Assembly: GCA_000934665.2 (NCBI GenBank)
Contig: KZ538203.1
Location: 1-64,000 of the forward strand
Source of the DNA: Catajapyx aquilonaris
Taxonomy: Eukaryota
DNA length: 64,000 bases
Direction of reading: 5' to 3'
Below are positions 13,301 through 25,474 of this stretch, piece by piece; position 1 is the stretch's first letter; each line of letters starts with the position of its first letter. Made by a program: the position numbers and the translations under genes. The notes beneath the pieces are model-generated. The model had not been told where the DNA came from and did no database searches. It saw only the letters and a list, made by a program, of their open reading frames with translations.

Positions 13301-14768
13301 GACCAAATTTGATGTGAGGAGTCAGGTTGAAATGGTGAGCATAATCTTGGAGGTAACTCCTGACTGCTGAATGGTGTACGAATGAAGGACCACTTGGAAA
13401 TGGGAAGTCCAAGAATGCCATAACTTCTTTTGGCAAGTTAGTCCTATGAGAATATTGTATCTTGTCAGTAACTCATGTCCTTGCATGCATGTGTTTACAA
13501 GTAGTGACATCCTATTGTAGTTGGAGTAGTATAAAAAATCACTATGAATTTCCATGTTCTTCTCGCCTAATATAATTGACAGAATAGGAATACTTCCAAT
13601 GCTTATGCTACAGTAACAATAAGTTTGGAAATTATGATTCAGGAACTAACATCTTTATTATTAGTTCTTGGCATGTATGAGCAAAGGAAACATTACTCTA
13701 AGTTCAAGCTTGCCCTCAGCTTTTGTCCACATACAAAAATATACTGAAGGCAATATACCAAATGGGGTCAAAAGTACGCTTGCATTATGTACTGGTGGAA
13801 GCATCATTCTAAAATGAGGCCCAGTTTCACACATGATTACCTAATGTTATCAGTGACCTATTTATTCGAGCATGTGAGATCTGAATCTACTTATTTAGTA
13901 CAAATTAAAAGACAGCAAAAGAAGATAAACAATGGCATTTCTATACAAAGTACTAATCACGTCTCTATGAGATCCTTCACACCTCAACCAGATGCATTCC
14001 AAATCCCTGTTATTTATCACATTCCATAAGTGTTTTAATTTGCATTAAAATAGGATCATTGAACTTCATGAACTGAATTATGTGTACAACATAAGTAGGG
14101 CATACACAGACACATACCCACATGCCAAACTGAGCCATGTGATGCAGTTCTCAGTCTTTGTCAAACATCACATTTGGACAAATCAGCTTACCAAAATTGC
14201 TGTTATACGTAACCCCTTTCCCAAACTTTCCAGGCCAGTAGCACCTAAGTCATAATTTTCACAACAAAACTGTTAATTTCATAAGGGAGTCCACTGCCTA
14301 TGCCCTACGGTATCACACTGGCATAATACTTTCCATGTTATATATCCAGAGTATAATAATTCTGATATAATAATGATCAGTTGGTGACAGTCCAGCCCCT
14401 AGTCCTGTGTGAGTGCTAATCGCATGATAGGCAAGGCCAAGCTATATTAATTGTCACACAAAATAATAACACTAGAAGCTTGTTTCCGAAGCTTCAAAAC
14501 AGAAACATCACTGAAAAAAAAAGAATGCATGGCCTGGTCAATGATATGATTTGCCCTCACTTGAGAATCAGAACAAAACATACCGTAGATCCCGGTACAT
14601 ACTTGCATGCACCTTTGGACCTGTTTCTGGTGTGTAAACCCAAGTGCCACCAACATTTTCTGACTGCTCATAGGCCATACAAGAAAACTTTTCCGGGGCA
14701 GCAGACAGATGCCGGAGTGCACACAGACCAGCTGCTCCAGCACCAATTACACATACTCGTATGTTCAT
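10374..14768 (-). CDS. Flavin-containing monooxygenase (insect FMO / GS-OX-like type), 420 aa, 4 coding exons
   Basis: Exons 14768-14584, 13443-13177, 13116-12627 and 10694-10374 are joined by GT-AG introns of compatible phase (2,2,0), total 1263 nt. Motifs: FAD-binding GAGAAG, GGTW, SMYRDLRTNLPKEVM, FMO signature FKGGVMHSHDY (FxGxxxHxxxY), NADPH-binding GAHSSG, and FCTGF. An upstream in-frame ATG at 14801 is an alternative start. Confidence 0.95.
10752..11467. mobile_element. Mariner-derived foldback element (two inverted 3' ends) in FMO intron 3
   Basis: Arms 10752-11090 and 11161-11467 are imperfect inverted copies, with termini of AGGTCGGTTTGAAAAGTTTTGCCTCCTAGG type. The plus strand from 11095 reads LHHNNARPCT...PYSLYLSPCDFF (mariner LHHDNARPH and PYSPDLSPCDF motifs). 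The left arm reads PYSPYLSPRDFF on the minus strand. Confidence 0.85.
12092..12445 (+). mobile_element. tRNA-derived SINE (family 1) in FMO intron 3
   Basis: A-box TGGCCGAGATGG, B-box-like GGTTTGATCCC, poly(A) tail at 12433-12444, and a perfect 13-bp TSD ATGCTGTAATGGT (12079-12091 and 12446-12458). Confidence 0.85.
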
Positions 14769-15048
14769 CGTTAGGCTGAAATTCAATGAAATTTTTAGCA
14801 TACGAAACACAAAAATCTACAGCCTCAACCGGTCTCACCAAATATGATTTATCTTGCAATGATATCAAATCAGAATTTGTGACCATTTGTGCTCACGTAA
14901 CAATCGCTAACTGTGGGAACGTTCCAGTCCTTCCGGTCCGTTCCTATCAATAGGTCCACGCAACATCAGCGCCAATGTACTCGCAGCGTCGGTTGTGCGA
15001 CACTAATCGACATTTTCGGCTTTTCTCGTTGGGATATTCTGGAAAAAA
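14769..15048. promoter_or_regulatory. Shared bidirectional promoter region of FMO and EF-Tu
   Basis: Only 280 bp separate the divergent ATGs. The interval is locally CpG-rich and has an ETS-like CTTCCGG at 14930-14936. Confidence 0.7.
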
Positions 15049-18000
15049 ATGGCAGCCCTAGTCACGCTTTGTATCGGCTGCGCCCGGAGTGAGTTTTTAA
15101 ATTTTAACATGTGTCACATGCCTGAGGATTACTTGTACTGACCCTTTATGTATTGTCCTTACAGTCACGCGCAATTCCCTGAAGCTTGCTGCTCTTGGAA
15201 CGGATGTGCTCAATGCGGTAATTAAAACTAGCACCATGCCTGTTTGTAATATTGCTGGGACAACAGTATGGCATTTACCTTTTTACAAGTGACAGTAGCA
15301 CTTAACCCATCTTTTCAGAGTCAAGGACCCATCCGGTTTCACCGTCCTCTAGTGTCCACAATTCGCCTGTATGCGGCACCAGCCGAGAAGAAAGTGTTCC
15401 AGAGGGACAAAACCCATTGCAATGTGGGAACAATTGGCCATGTAGATCATGGGAAGACCACTTTGACAGCAGCCATCACAAAGGTGCTGGCCCAGAATGC
15501 CCTAGCAGAAGCCAAAAAGTATGAGGATATTGACAATGCACCTGAGGAAAAGGCCAGGGGGATCACAATCAATGTTGCCCATGTGGAGTACTCTACTGAC
15601 AAGAGGCACTATGGTCACACAGATTGCCCTGGTCATGCTGATTACATTAAGGTATGATTGTTGGTCCCTGGTTTCATTTCAATGATGAGTCCAGTGCAGT
15701 GTCCAGGACCTGTATAATGGACCCCGACGTCTTGAGTTGAACTCGAGGATGCGACTCTGCGTGACGTCAAAATGACGTAGGCTGGGTGCCTCCCCTGCCC
15801 CGGATTGGTCTGCATACGTCATTTTGACGTCACACGGAGTCGCATCCTCGAGTTCACCTCGAGATGTCGGGGTCCAGTATACAGGTCCAGCTGATGATAT
15901 TTCAAATTGGATGACATTACAGGGGGGTAAAAGTGAATCTACATTATGCAAGAAATCTGGTAGATTTGATTCAGAATATGTTGACTATTGTTAATGTGTA
16001 ATCATTGTAGTGTTTTCATCTAAAGGTAATATTTGGCCTTCTTGTTTTAGAACATGATCACAGGCACTGCTCAGATGGATGGAGCTATTCTAGTAGTAGC
16101 TGCAACAGACGGAACAATGCCTCAGACCCGAGAGCATCTTCTCCTGGCAAAGCAGATTGGGATCAAGCAGATTGTGGTTTTCATCAACAAAGTGGATGCG
16201 GCTGATAAGGAGATGGTAGAACTTGTTGAAATGGAGCTAAGGGAACTCTTCACTGAAATGGGATATGACGGGGATAATGTTCCCATGATTCAGGGATCTG
16301 CGCTCTGTGCTCTTGAAGGAAGGGAACCTGAAATAGGTTAGCTTTTATTATGGCATGTCTTGTTTAATGAGTAGCAGATGCCCACATTTTACACAAAAAA
16401 ATTGAAGTTAATTGTAGATAATTCTGGTACCCTTCAACACAGCCACATCTTGAACGAACTACTTCTGCCAATTCCAATGGCCATTTGTTGGCCTCAGCCA
16501 CCCCACCAAGGAGGTTCTACATTTTAGAGTTCTTACGTTTGAAAGGAAACTAATATAATAGACCAATCTTAAATTACTAGTAGTGAACCTGTTGCTAAAT
16601 TTTGCCAACACTGTGCCGCCGCCCCCTTCCCACTTGGACATAAGCACAATAGGCCAATACCAGTTGGCGCATAGGCTCTCCCTCTGCACACTACTGCTGC
16701 TGTCAGGGGGAAAGTAGTAATACATACATGTTGGTGATTAGTCACCTCGTGGACAAAGCCCACCAGAGTGGTCTTGCCTCCGCTGAAGTGTGTTCCAAGA
16801 TGGGACACACTTGGTTGGGACTCCCAACAGTAGCGGATTTAGGTCAGTGCAACAGGTTTCCCCACACAGGGCGCCATGCCTTGGGGGGCACCAGCCCCCT
16901 GCAACTCCTACCCCACCCATATGGAGATGGCCATGTGCTTAACTAGAAGTGTCAACAACCCCGAATTGGCACTGTTGCCCTGCATGATCCCCATTTCGGG
17001 CGGACGCCTTCTAAACCAACCCAAACCGTCCTTTACCCTTCAGCTGGGTATTATATCTTGACTATTCCATGGTTCTGCTACTACCTGTAGCAGAACGTTG
17101 ATACACCTACTACACGTGACATAATGACATAATGATCTTTCAATAAGCCATATTCATCCTACAATAAGCGACTTCTTTTTTGGATCATATCTCAGTTGCC
17201 GCGGAATTACCCTATTACAGGTTGATAACCCTATGTGACAAAAATCAACTTTTTTTGTCCATGGGAATTCACTGCTATTTCTGTCTTCCTTCGATCACTC
17301 ATAACTCATAACGACCCTTCATTAGGTTATGTCTGAACTTTGTTTTTGATCTTGGGGCAGTATCGCAGTAAAAACATCTATATTGGTTGAAATATTGGGG
17401 TCACTATTTAGAATCATAGGTAAATTATTATCCATGAGGAAGAGTAATCAGCTAGGTGAATTATTATGAGCAACTAGTAGTGAACCCATTGCCAAATTTC
17501 GGAAACACTGACCCCCTGGACGCAGAGGCGTACCTAGGGGGTGGCGAAATTGGCCCCCGCCAAGGGCGCAACCCGATGGGGGGCGCCCAAGGCGCCCCTT
17601 CCGAAGAGGCGCCCCTTCCGAAGATTCGGTACCAGCCCCCAGACACTCCCCATATTATCAGCCAGTGGCGGATTTAGGGGGGGGGGNNNNNNNNNNNNNG
17701 GGGGGGGGGGGGCGCCTGTAGAGCTTCTTGCCAAGGGCGCCAGGTAACCTAGGTACCCCCCTGCCTGGACGTAGTATCATACAATATGCCACTACATTTG
17801 GGGCACAACTGCACAAGGCACACTAATTTGAATGTCAGTGCCAGGCTGTGATTGGATGTTGCAAGTGGCCAGCATTAAATTTTTATACTGCAGGTAGATT
17901 TGAACCATAAGTACTTGTGACCACCCAAAAAACTGCCACAGAGAGCATCTCTATTGAAATCACAATTGTAAATTCATGAGGTGATTTTTGATCACCTACT

Positions 18001-19145
18001 ATTCACTTCAAAAATGTAAAGAGATGCATGGAAAGAGAAAGTTTGCAATTTTTTTGTCATGTAGAGTAGTAACATCATCTTCTAGTGGAGATGATGTACT
18101 ACAGTATGCGTAAACTTCAGAACAAATGTTTTGATGTCAGCTAGATAAGTAATATTAACAAAAAGACCATCACTAAATAATATTTTATTCTTTATTTGAT
18201 TGATGGTATGATATTTACACATTACAAATCAATTTGTATGTTCCGTCAGGTGCCAAAGCTGTGATGCAACTCCTAGATGCAGTTGATTCATACATCCCTG
18301 ATCCAGAGCGCGAGCTGGACAAGCCCTTCCTGCTCCCTGTTGAGAACGTTTACTCCATACCTGGTCGTGGAACTGTGGTCACTGGTCGTCTGGAGCGTGG
18401 CCGCCTCAAGAAGGGTGCAGAGTGCGAGTTCGTGGGCTACATCAAGACCTTCAAGAGTACTATAACAGGGATTGAAATGTTCCACAAGATCCTAGAAGAG
18501 GCCCAGGCAGGTGACCAGCTAGGGGCTTTAATCCGAGGGGTGAAGAGGGATGATATACGTAGAGGGATGGTGATGTGCAAGCCAGGAACCATTCGGGCCC
18601 ATGACCACGTCGAGACACAGATATACGTGATCACCAAGGAGGAAGGTGGCAAGAACAAGCCCTTCACGACCTATCAGCAGATGCAAATGTTCTCCAAGAC
18701 TTGGGACTGTGCTGCACAAGTCCATATCACCCCTGCCACTGGGAAGGACATGGTCATGCCAGGAGAGGATGCCAAGTTAGTATCATGAGTTACAATGAGT
18801 TAAACATTCAAAAATTTCTTGACATCTCTTGCAACAATATCGTCTTCTGAAAATTATACTTTTCCTGGGCTTGGATGTAATAGGTTGTAGAGCATGAGAA
18901 GCTATTGCATTAAAAGTCATTGAATATCCTGATTTCTCTCTGAAAGGATTCAACTCCGGCTTCACAAGCCCATGGTGCTGGAAACTGGACAGAGGTTCAC
19001 CCTGCGAGATGGCTCTGTAACCTTGGGGACAGGAGTCGTGACCAACTTTCTGAAACCCCTCACTGAGCAGGAGAGGGAGGCTCTGACTGAAGGAAGGAAG
19101 GCCCGGGACAAGAAGGCTGCAGCCGCAGCAGCTGGCAAGAAATAA
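15049..19145 (+). CDS. TUFM: Mitochondrial elongation factor Tu (EF-Tu1 type), 478 aa, 6 coding exons
   Basis: Exons 15049-15088, 15165-15217, 15319-15651, 16051-16336, 18250-18775 and 18947-19145 are all GT-AG with compatible phases, total 1437 nt. Motifs: GHVDHGKT P-loop, [40 protein letters not shown]. The N-terminus is a basic, mitochondrial-targeting-like peptide. The two short 5' exons are less certain than the rest. Confidence 0.96.
15707..15887. mobile_element. Palindromic MITE (PIF/Harbinger-like, CAG TSD) in TUFM intron 3
   Basis: About 73-bp near-perfect inverted arms (GACCTGTATA...TATACAGGTC), flanked on both sides by CAG (15704-15706 and 15888-15890). Confidence 0.8.
17523..17763. 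mobile_element. hAT-type MITE in TUFM intron 4 (spans an assembly gap)
   Basis: TIRs CAGAGGCGTACCTAGG / CCTAGGTACCCCCCTG with a perfect 8-bp TSD CCTGGACG (17515-17522 and 17764-17771). A second hAT-like start, CAGTGGCGGATTTAG, lies at 17663 next to the N gap at 17687-17699. Confidence 0.8.
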
Positions 19146-19645
19146 GTGGAACATGTAGTTCACTCGCATCTCAAACTGATCCCAGCTCCACCCTTGCTGC
19201 CTCATCACCCTCAAGGGAAAGAACTCTGCAGCCCTTTGGTTATGTTTTTCACATTAGTGATGGTTTGAAAGTCAAGGGCCATGTAGTTAACTACTGTCAG
19301 ATTTTTGGAGTAAAAGTGAGGTTATACCTACTACTATATTCGTTGAATGCTGTTGTATCTTGTGTTTTCCTCATATGCATTATTACAATAATCTTTTCCA
19401 GTGTGAGAATTTTGTAGGATTTGTAATCTACACTTCACATTAAACTAAAGGAAATCAAATTATAGTTCATTAGACAGTTAAATGTTCTCACATCAAAATA
19501 CAAGCTGTGAAGCCGCCTTCTACCTATGTCATTTATCATGCCTTAGTTGAGAAAATTAATTACCTAACATTTTGCTGCATGGGAATCTTTACACGTGGAC
19601 TCTTGTAAACATGTAAGGCAAGTCATCTTAAATTTACAACCATAA

Positions 19646-19865
19646 AGGTGCATTCACATATCGGCGACTGCGACTCCGTGCCCGAGCGACGTCGCGGCCA
19701 TGGTGTCACCCAGCTGCTGGAGGCCCGGTAGCAGAGGTCTTTGGGGCACTACATTGTGACAGCATCCACTGGACGGGAACTCTGTTGCTGGGGGCACCGC
19801 GTTGTGGATCGACGGGGCACAGAATCGGTCGCTGGGCACGGAATCGCGGATATGTGAATGCACCT
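19646..19865. mobile_element. PIF/Harbinger (Tourist-like) MITE
   Basis: 17-bp perfect TIR AGGTGCATTCACATATC, TAA TSD on both sides (19643-19645 and 19866-19868), and additional subterminal inverted similarity. Confidence 0.85.
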
Positions 19866-20951
19866 TAATGGTGTGGTTTAATCTCCCCTACATGATAAAT
19901 GCATGTAACTGAATGTTTGCAAAAGGCTAGAGTTTTGTCTGTTGGAAGAAGCAGTCATACTCGCTCATGTACACTGGGGTACTCGGGCCCAGGTGTTTGT
20001 TACCCATGGCTATATTATCAGCGCCAACTTGTCCCCATTTATTAGTGCCCCAACAACTATTCTTCATAATTATCACTTGAGCGGATAATTTACTTTGCAA
20101 TACAACATTGGTCAGTATTAAGAAAAATATACCGATATCAATAACTCATGTTTATTTAAACCTTGAGATGTAAGAAACAATTTGTAAACAGTTTCTCACA
20201 ACAACTAAGATGTGAATAACTAAACAACTGCAAAAAGGTGAGAAGCCATACTTCGGCAAATCAGTAATATGGATTAACTAACACAAGGGATGGGTTTTCA
20301 TCTTTCTATTATAGGCGACCGAGAATGCACTTATGAAACTTCCACTTTTCAAATTTCCACCAACGGGAAATGGGAGTCACTGGCATGATATGACATTTTA
20401 GAAGAATGTTATTACTTCATAAAAATGCACTTATAAACACACTGGATGTAGCCTACTATGTACTTTTGCATCAATTTACATTTGAGAAGCACAAGCACCG
20501 GAGTAACTTTCCACTGCCAGAATGCTTTTGACTGGGAATTGTTCACTTCACATGGTGTGTGCAAGGGAAGAGGCAGGTGACTGTTGCCCAAAGATGCACT
20601 AAACAAAAGGAGTAAATAGTGTCAGTCCTTGGTCTTGAGTATTTCATGTTGAGAAGTGGGGAGAGGATGGGATCGGGAGATTCCAGAAGTGCATTCTTGG
20701 ATGGCCACTGCCTCTTATCAGTAACTATACACTATAGTATCTTTAGGAAGAGCCAAGGTGCTTACACATCTCAGATGTCTGTATTATCCATTGCTGACAG
20801 TTACACTGGATGCTGCCAACAATGCATTCAGTCATCAATATACCTTTCGGTGCAAGATGTCCTTAGGAGGAAATGGATGGACAGAATATGTTTAATCCTT
20901 CTTACATGTTAGCTTAATTGATGATCAAAAAGTGACTGTTATTTTGGCATA

Positions 20952-21074
20952 AAAAATGGGTGGAATTTTCATCCCACTGCTAGTTACTGTTAACGTAGCA
21001 ATACCAGTGTTGGGTCCTGGTACTGCTAAGTTAGCAGTAATTAGTAGTGGGATGAAAATTCCACCGAATGTTTT
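20952..21074. repeat. About 120-bp imperfect palindrome (probable small MITE)
   Basis: GGTGGAATTTTCATCCCACTGCTAGTTACTGTTAAC...GTTAGCAGTAATTAGTAGTGGGATGAAAATTCCACC are inverted arms with a short loop. Confidence 0.7.
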
Positions 21075-21293
21075 CACCTCTGCTTTACCAACGATCTGAA
21101 TTCCTGTCCATGTCAGGCACCACGTGTGCACTGTACTCATTCTTTAAATTGCCAACTTTGTTTATTCATTGTCACAAACCATTTTCAATGGGGCAGGCAG
21201 AAAAGGGAGTGATGGGGGACAGGTACTGTACCCAGTAAGTATTAAAAATAAAGAGTTCAGCGTATCAATAATAACAAGCAAAGACTGTATGTA

Positions 21294-21413
21294 CTATCAG
21301 TCCAACAAGAATTGTCGCAGCGGCAGCGCACGAACTACAATCTACGAGCACAGGTATACGAGAGACTGTAGTTCGTGCGCTGCCGCTTGCGACAATTCTT
21401 GCTGGACACCAGG
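21294..21413. mobile_element. 120-bp TA-flanked palindromic MITE (Tc1/mariner-like)
   Basis: About 40-bp inverted arms GTCCAACAAGAATTGTCGCAGCGGCAGCGCACGAACTACA / TGTAGTTCGTGCGCTGCCGCTTGCGACAATTCTTGCTGGAC. TA lies at 21292-21293 and 21414-21415. Confidence 0.7.
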
Positions 21414-22403
21414 TACCAATGTACACAATTTTGTCCTCCACATAAATCTACCAATTGATCACGTAAGTACAGGTAGGCCCCATTTTTACAAAGCTCCAAG
21501 CCATTTCATATTATTGACCTTTTCAAAATTGCATTTAAAAAAGAAACATTTGAAAAAATCATTGAAACATTAACACTGCTGAACACCTCCGAGTCCAATA
21601 TAGGCACTTTTGTTTTTCATGGTACATTGTGGTAGGCAGGGTCTATAGATATGCAGGTAAGCCTCTGCAACTTTTCATCTTAGAACAGTTTTGCTGGAGC
21701 CTAACCCCATATTAAAACAGGGACTACCTGCCGGGCCTCATGCGAGTGTAAGCCTTGACTACGGAAAGCCACAATCAAGTTACGAGAAGATCCGCAGTAA
21801 CACAAACCTGCCTGTAGTGTAGTGGAACTGATTCATTCACAAATTTTCACAATGAAGGCCAAAAATACACTGAACCAGAACCCCCAAAAAGTATTTTTAA
21901 ATATATGCACAGTTTATGCTCAATTTATGGTCCTTTCCATATTCCACTGCAAGTCCAAGGAAAAACCCACCCTAACATTTTAAATGCTATTGCTACAGAA
22001 TCAATTCAAAACAATAGGATTTATGCCTATCACAATTTTCTCACTTTGGCCAAACAACTGTGGCATAACACTTCACTTCATCTTTGAAATGAACACAAAT
22101 GCATTTTCACAAACAAGTTGTATAATCAAATTATTCTGTACTTTTGCTTTACATTTTTAAAAAGTCACTTTTCACCCACACCATTATCGCAAAAAATAAA
22201 ATCCAATCACTCTTCATTTAGAATCACTCATCATACTGTCTCAATGCCTTTCACCCTTTTTCCTGATAAATCGAGGCGAACTTCATGTGATTTTGTAATA
22301 TATGCTCTCATCATTAAAAATCTGACAAGTGGGAGACCTGTTTGTGAAAAAAGTTTGTAGGCCAAGTAGCAGACACAAAATTTTCTTTTAATGATCAAAC
22401 AGA

Positions 22404-25044
22404 TTATAAATCCTCATCATCCTCTGGTAGAGCCGTCTGCTGGGCCTCCTGCAAGTGAAAATAGGGATTGACTTCTGTTCTAATGCCCGTTACATTCATG
22501 CTGTAATAACCACTTACCTGCAAATCCCTCTCCATCTCCTGCTGGTGTTTGGGATCCATATGGACCTCTGGTGGGAGGAGTGCTGGTGTGGCCACAAACT
22601 CCAGGTTGGGGTCACCGACCAATTTGCGGCCCAGCCAGAGGAAGGGCTTCTCAAAGTTGTAATTGCTCTTAGCACTGATGTCATAGTACTAGGGAACACA
22701 ATTTAAATTATCAGTACACTGGACCATAAGAGAAAGACACTCTCATATCCCCCCAATCCATGAGGGCCATTCTAAAATGATTTACAATTGATTTTTTTGC
22801 CACAATGATTACAGTGCTTACAGGTCGGCAAATAGTCACACATTATCGAGAGAATCCTTCTGGAGCTGAATGAATAGGAGTCGTGGGTGTGGCAACCTTT
22901 CCAGCCCCTCCAGGAACCATCTTTTGGAGGTTCGGCACATCCCCTCCCGGACAACTGCTAAGAGTCAACAATGTCCTCAAATTGCATAAGCGAACGAGTA
23001 TTTTTCATGGATCTGAACATGTGAAAGTCACTGGGGGCCGAGCCAGGTGAGTGCAGCAGGCGTGGAAGCACCCTAACCCAGATTGAGAAAAACCCTTTGC
23101 TGATGCCATTTCAAGAACACTCTGTTGACAGTTGTTTACATTGTTAAATGTGCACTGTTGTCCGGTAGTGAGTGCGCTGCACCGCCAAATCGTGGTTCCT
23201 GGAGGTCCTGAAGACGTTGAAACACCTCTGATGGTAGTACATTCAGTACCAGGAGGATTCTCGATAACGTGTAACATCTACCTACCTGCACGGGCCCTGT
23301 ATTTGTGACTTTAAAAAAATTGTAAATCATTTTAGTACGGCCCTCGTACAATACTTTTGTGGACTAACACTTAATATTCATCAATCTCAGCTTCACTGTT
23401 GTCACCAAAAGATGGTGAATAAGGACGGTTGCCATCACAGATTGCATTTTTGTTTCATCACAAGTTCATACATGCATTAAAGGCGTTACATGTACTGACT
23501 AATTAAAACTGCACAGGTAATATTAGTATCAGTTACAAAGATTACATACCTGCAGGTTCTTCTTACGATGAAAAACAATGCTCTTTGCCTTGACCTTCCT
23601 GTCTTTGATATCAACTTTGTTGCCACAAAGGACAATAGGGATGTTCTCGCAGACTCGGACCAAGTCACGATGCCAGTTGGGGACATTCTTATAAGTCACT
23701 CGTGAAGTCACATCAAACATGACAATAGCACATTGGCCCTGAAAATTTTCAGAAATATTTCCATAGAGTCCATTGTATGTACAATAATCCAGGTATTGTA
23801 AAACAGCCCAAGTCAAATATTAATAAAATCTTAAATCCCTTTTCTTGTATCCTCACTGTATCATAATGATACATTGTTAAGAAGGCACCTGCACGAATGC
23901 TGATTGATTTACTGGACTCCTGCACTGGAAGCTAGTACTTGCAGGTCCCAAATAATGTGGGAAACACTCTTATCATGGTGAAAAAAACATTTATTCAAGC
24001 TGTACGTTTAGGCAGGCATTGCCGCATCTAGTTTCCTGGACGCTTATCCTAATAAGACAAATAGTCTGTGCTTTCATGCGAGAGCAATACTAACCTAACT
24101 ATGTTAATAGCCTACATGTGTAAAAATATTCAACAAGCAGTTCACCCAGCAATGTTACAGTATATTTTGAAGCATCAAATCATATCAGGACATTGTAATA
24201 AAGGCTGCCTTCATGCAACAGCCTGGATAGGATCAGCATGTCATACTTAGGGGTCGTGCAAATACCACGTGACCGATTTTAGGCCACTTTTTGACACTCC
24301 CCCCTTTTTCACGTGTTTTTTAAAAAATGTCAATGTTATCAGAAAAAACGTGATCGAAAANAAGCTGTTTAAGCAAGTAAAAAACATGTCTCTCCATGTT
24401 TTCGAATTTTAGGTTATTTTGAACCCATGTGCATCTGTAAAAGCTCGTGACCAACAGTGGTATTCCCCCCAGCCCCCCCTTCCCCCCAAAACGGTCACGT
24501 GGTATTTGCACGACCCCTTACAGGTGACCCCTATATCACCTTCCTCCTATTTCACGCAAGTGCTTTCTAAATAGTACCATAGCAGCTTAAATCACATAAT
24601 TTTTTGGAATTAACTTCAAATGTTGCAATATGTTAACAAATTACTTGTTGAATGTAATGATTGTCCAACTAAAAAGGTGCAAATTATTGATCATAAAAAA
24701 TATCAGTATGCGTGCTATTACTGCACCAAACAAATACACCTGGACCCAAGAATTACGCATGGGTCATATTACGCAATACCGTATCATGCAACACTTGCCT
24801 GGATGTAGTATCCATCTCGAAGGCCACCAAACTTTTCCTGACCAGCAGTATCCCAAACATTGAAGCGAATCGGGCCCCTGCTGGTGTGGAAGACAAGAGG
24901 ATGTACTTCCACCCCGAGAGTAGCCACATACTTCTTCTCAAACTCGCCAGTTAAGTGGCGCTTCACAAAAGTGGTCTTGCCAGTGCCTCCGTCCCCAACC
25001 AGGACACACTTGAAGGTGGGCATATCTTGCTCTGCCCCAGCCAT
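22404..25044 (-). CDS. Ran: GTP-binding nuclear protein Ran, divergent tandem paralog (Ran-A), 216 aa
   Basis: Coding exons 25044-24799, 23738-23550, 22688-22518 and 22448-22404, all phase 0, 651 nt. Motifs: [22 protein letters not shown] and acidic tail PEDDEDL. The first coding intron is GC-AG (CAG|GCAAGT ... TTTCAG|GGC). The frame is intact. Confidence 0.96.
22761..23346. mobile_element. Tc1/mariner-type MITE in a Ran-A intron
   Basis: TIRs TGAGGGCCATTCTAAAATGATTTACAATT and (reverse complement) CGAGGGCCGTACTAAAATGATTTACAATT. TA follows the right end (23347-23348); the left flank reads CA. Confidence 0.8.
24250..24517. mobile_element. PIF/Harbinger MITE in the Ran-A GC-AG intron
   Basis: 26-bp perfect TIR GGGGTCGTGCAAATACCACGTGACCG with TTA TSD (24247-24249 and 24518-24520). 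Confidence 0.88.
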
Positions 25045-25392
25045 CTTCTACACTGAAAATAGGTAAACAGGTCTCAAAACACTTCAAAACAAGTACAAAA
25101 CTAGGACATGAAGTAACATAACTGCAGGAACCTGTAAATATTACCCAAGCCTCAAATTACTATCACTAGATATTACCACGTTACCATGCACACAAGGCTG
25201 TAAAGCTGCGTGAAAAATTCGAATATTCGAACGCGGCCATGAGTGTTGAGAAGGGATCAAAGGAAAATAGCACGCATGCAGTGTCACTTTCCTTGCCCTG
25301 CCCTCCTGACCATGAGTTTCATCGGGTCTTGACATAAGCGGGGATTATTAGCGGCAAACCAGGGGCGTCTCTGGGGCAAGGTTTTAACTCAC

Positions 25393-25474
25393 CAAAGCTG
25401 GGAAATGTAGCGATTTCGGCGGATTCCGCAGCGATAAGGACCCAGCGCTTTAGGTTCACAATGGCGTTCCGTTG
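25393..25474 (-). other. Non-coding first exon / core promoter of Ran-A
   Basis: Donor TTG|GTGAGT at 25393/25392 and acceptor TTTTCAG ending at 25053, just upstream of the ATG. A 27-bp block identical to Ran-B includes a YY1-like GCCATT. The 5' boundary is approximate. Confidence 0.7.

Noticed and set aside
24784..24798. Truncated Ran ORFs ending ASVA* (and the 127-aa ORF at 31633-32016) as pseudogenes
   Set aside because: These are read-through into the GC-AG intron. Splicing restores full 216-aa proteins.
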